DNA of 25,418 nucleotides from Bacteroidota bacterium (GTDB lineage Bacteria; Bacteroidota; Bacteroidia; Cytophagales; Amoebophilaceae): NCBI GenBank assembly GCA_038526075.1, contig JBCBHC010000001.1, positions 1 to 25,418 of the forward strand, read 5' to 3'. Shown piece by piece: positions 24,343 to 25,418 of this stretch (position 1 is its first letter; each line of letters starts with the position of its first letter). The notes under the pieces were generated by a model. It saw only the letters and a program-made list of their open reading frames with translations, ran no database searches and was not told where the DNA came from. The position numbers and the translations under genes were made by a program.

Positions 24343-25368
24343 ATGTACGAACCCATTGAGTTTTTTCCCCTAAAGCATCTCAACACTTTCGGGATGGACG
24401 TCTGGGCGCGTTACTACGTTAAAGTCGAGCGAAATATCGATTTATTGGCATTGCTCGAGGGTCGACGATTTGATCAGGAGCAACACATTGTCATAGGAGG
24501 GGGGAGTAATGTGCTATTTACAAGAGATTTCGCAGGCTGGGTGATCCACATGGCTACCAGTAATATAGCCGTGGTGCGCCAGGATGAGCAATACGTCTGG
24601 CTTACCATAGATGCAGGAGTTGCCTGGCACGATCTAGTCCTATACTGTGTAGAAAAAAATTATGGCGGCATAGAGAACCTATCGTTTATTCCTGGCACTG
24701 TGGGCGCTGCCCCTATGCAAAATATAGGGGCCTATGGCGTTGAGATTAGCGATTGTATCGACACCGTACATGCATTGAACATCAAGGAAGGTACTATACG
24801 CCCCTTCAATAAGCAGGAGTGTGGCTTTGGATACCGAGAGAGCGTGTTCAAGAATATACTCAGAGGAAAGTATATCATCACACAAGTCACGCTCCGACTA
24901 AAAAAAAATCCGACAGACTTTCAGCTAGCATATGGAGCTATTCGGGACGTTTTGGCTGAGATGAATATCACCCAGCCCTCTGTGAAAGCCGTGAGCGATG
25001 CAGTCACCAAGATACGTCAAGGTAAACTCCCAGATCCTGCTGTAGAAGGCAATGCTGGCAGTTTCTTCAAGAATCCAGTTATTGATTACCAGCATCTTCA
25101 CAAGCTCCAGAGGCACTCTCCTGATGTCCCTAGCTACAAACAACCTAACGGACAAGTTAAACTTCCTGCGGGATGGCTCATAGAACGGTGTGGATGGAAG
25201 GGAAAAAGACGGGCGCAAATAGGTGTACACCCCCAGCATGCGCTGGTATTGGTCAACTATGACCAGGGAACTGGAGCAGAAATTTGCCAGCTAATGCAAG
25301 ATATTCAACAGTCGGTACAAGAACGGTTTGAGATTGCGCTGGTACCAGAGGTACAAATAATTACCTAA
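24343..25368 (+). CDS. murB: UDP-N-acetylenolpyruvoylglucosamine reductase
   Basis: LKHLNTFG, IGGGSNVLF, GIENLSFIPGTVGAAPMQNIGAYG, FGYRESVFK, NAGSFFKNP, HALVLVN, LVPEV. Confidence 0.97.
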   Translation: MYEPIEFFPLKHLNTFGMDVWARYYVKVERNIDLLALLEGRRFDQEQHIVIGGGSNVLFTRDFAGWVIHMATSNIAVVRQDEQYVWLTIDAGVAWHDLVLYCVEKNYGGIENLSFIPGTVGAAPMQNIGAYGVEISDCIDTVHALNIKEGTIRPFNKQECGFGYRESVFKNILRGKYIITQVTLRLKKNPTDFQLAYGAIRDVLAEMNITQPSVKAVSDAVTKIRQGKLPDPAVEGNAGSFFKNPVIDYQHLHKLQRHSPDVPSYKQPNGQVKLPAGWLIERCGWKGKRRAQIGVHPQHALVLVNYDQGTGAEICQLMQDIQQSVQERFEIALVPEVQIIT

Positions 25369-25418
25369 TTGCGAAAACCTTCAAACGCAAGTTCTCTTTG
25401 CGGCTCAAGTACTGGACT

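Overview
A Bacteroidota chromosomal segment (TAnnTTTG promoter boxes, fused SecDF, long NusB) of roughly 45-52% GC by spot counts. It is most likely from a host-associated lineage resembling Amoebophilus/Cardinium (inference). The backbone is shuffled housekeeping genes: glmM, secDF, ruvC, tRNA-Phe(GAA), nusB, a lone NuoI-like 2x[4Fe-4S] protein, trxA, tsaB, murG, murC, yidC, dnaN, gatA and murB. Two eukaryote-type genes with lipoprotein-like N-termini are inserted among them. One is a compact USP (peptidase C19) deubiquitinase with an apparent Cys-His-Ser triad. The other is a ~1370-aa NACHT NTPase with ~16 HEAT repeats (NLR-like architecture). There are also two Rpn-family PD-(D/E)XK genes: one partial with a (GMQQ)n tandem repeat, and one apparently inactivated (catalytic E->K plus a premature stop). 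The clearest structural anomaly is an exact in-frame 300-bp tandem duplication inside murG, bounded by a 7-bp microhomology. No CRISPR array, rRNA or intact IS element was seen. All calls come from reading motifs by eye; no searches were run.
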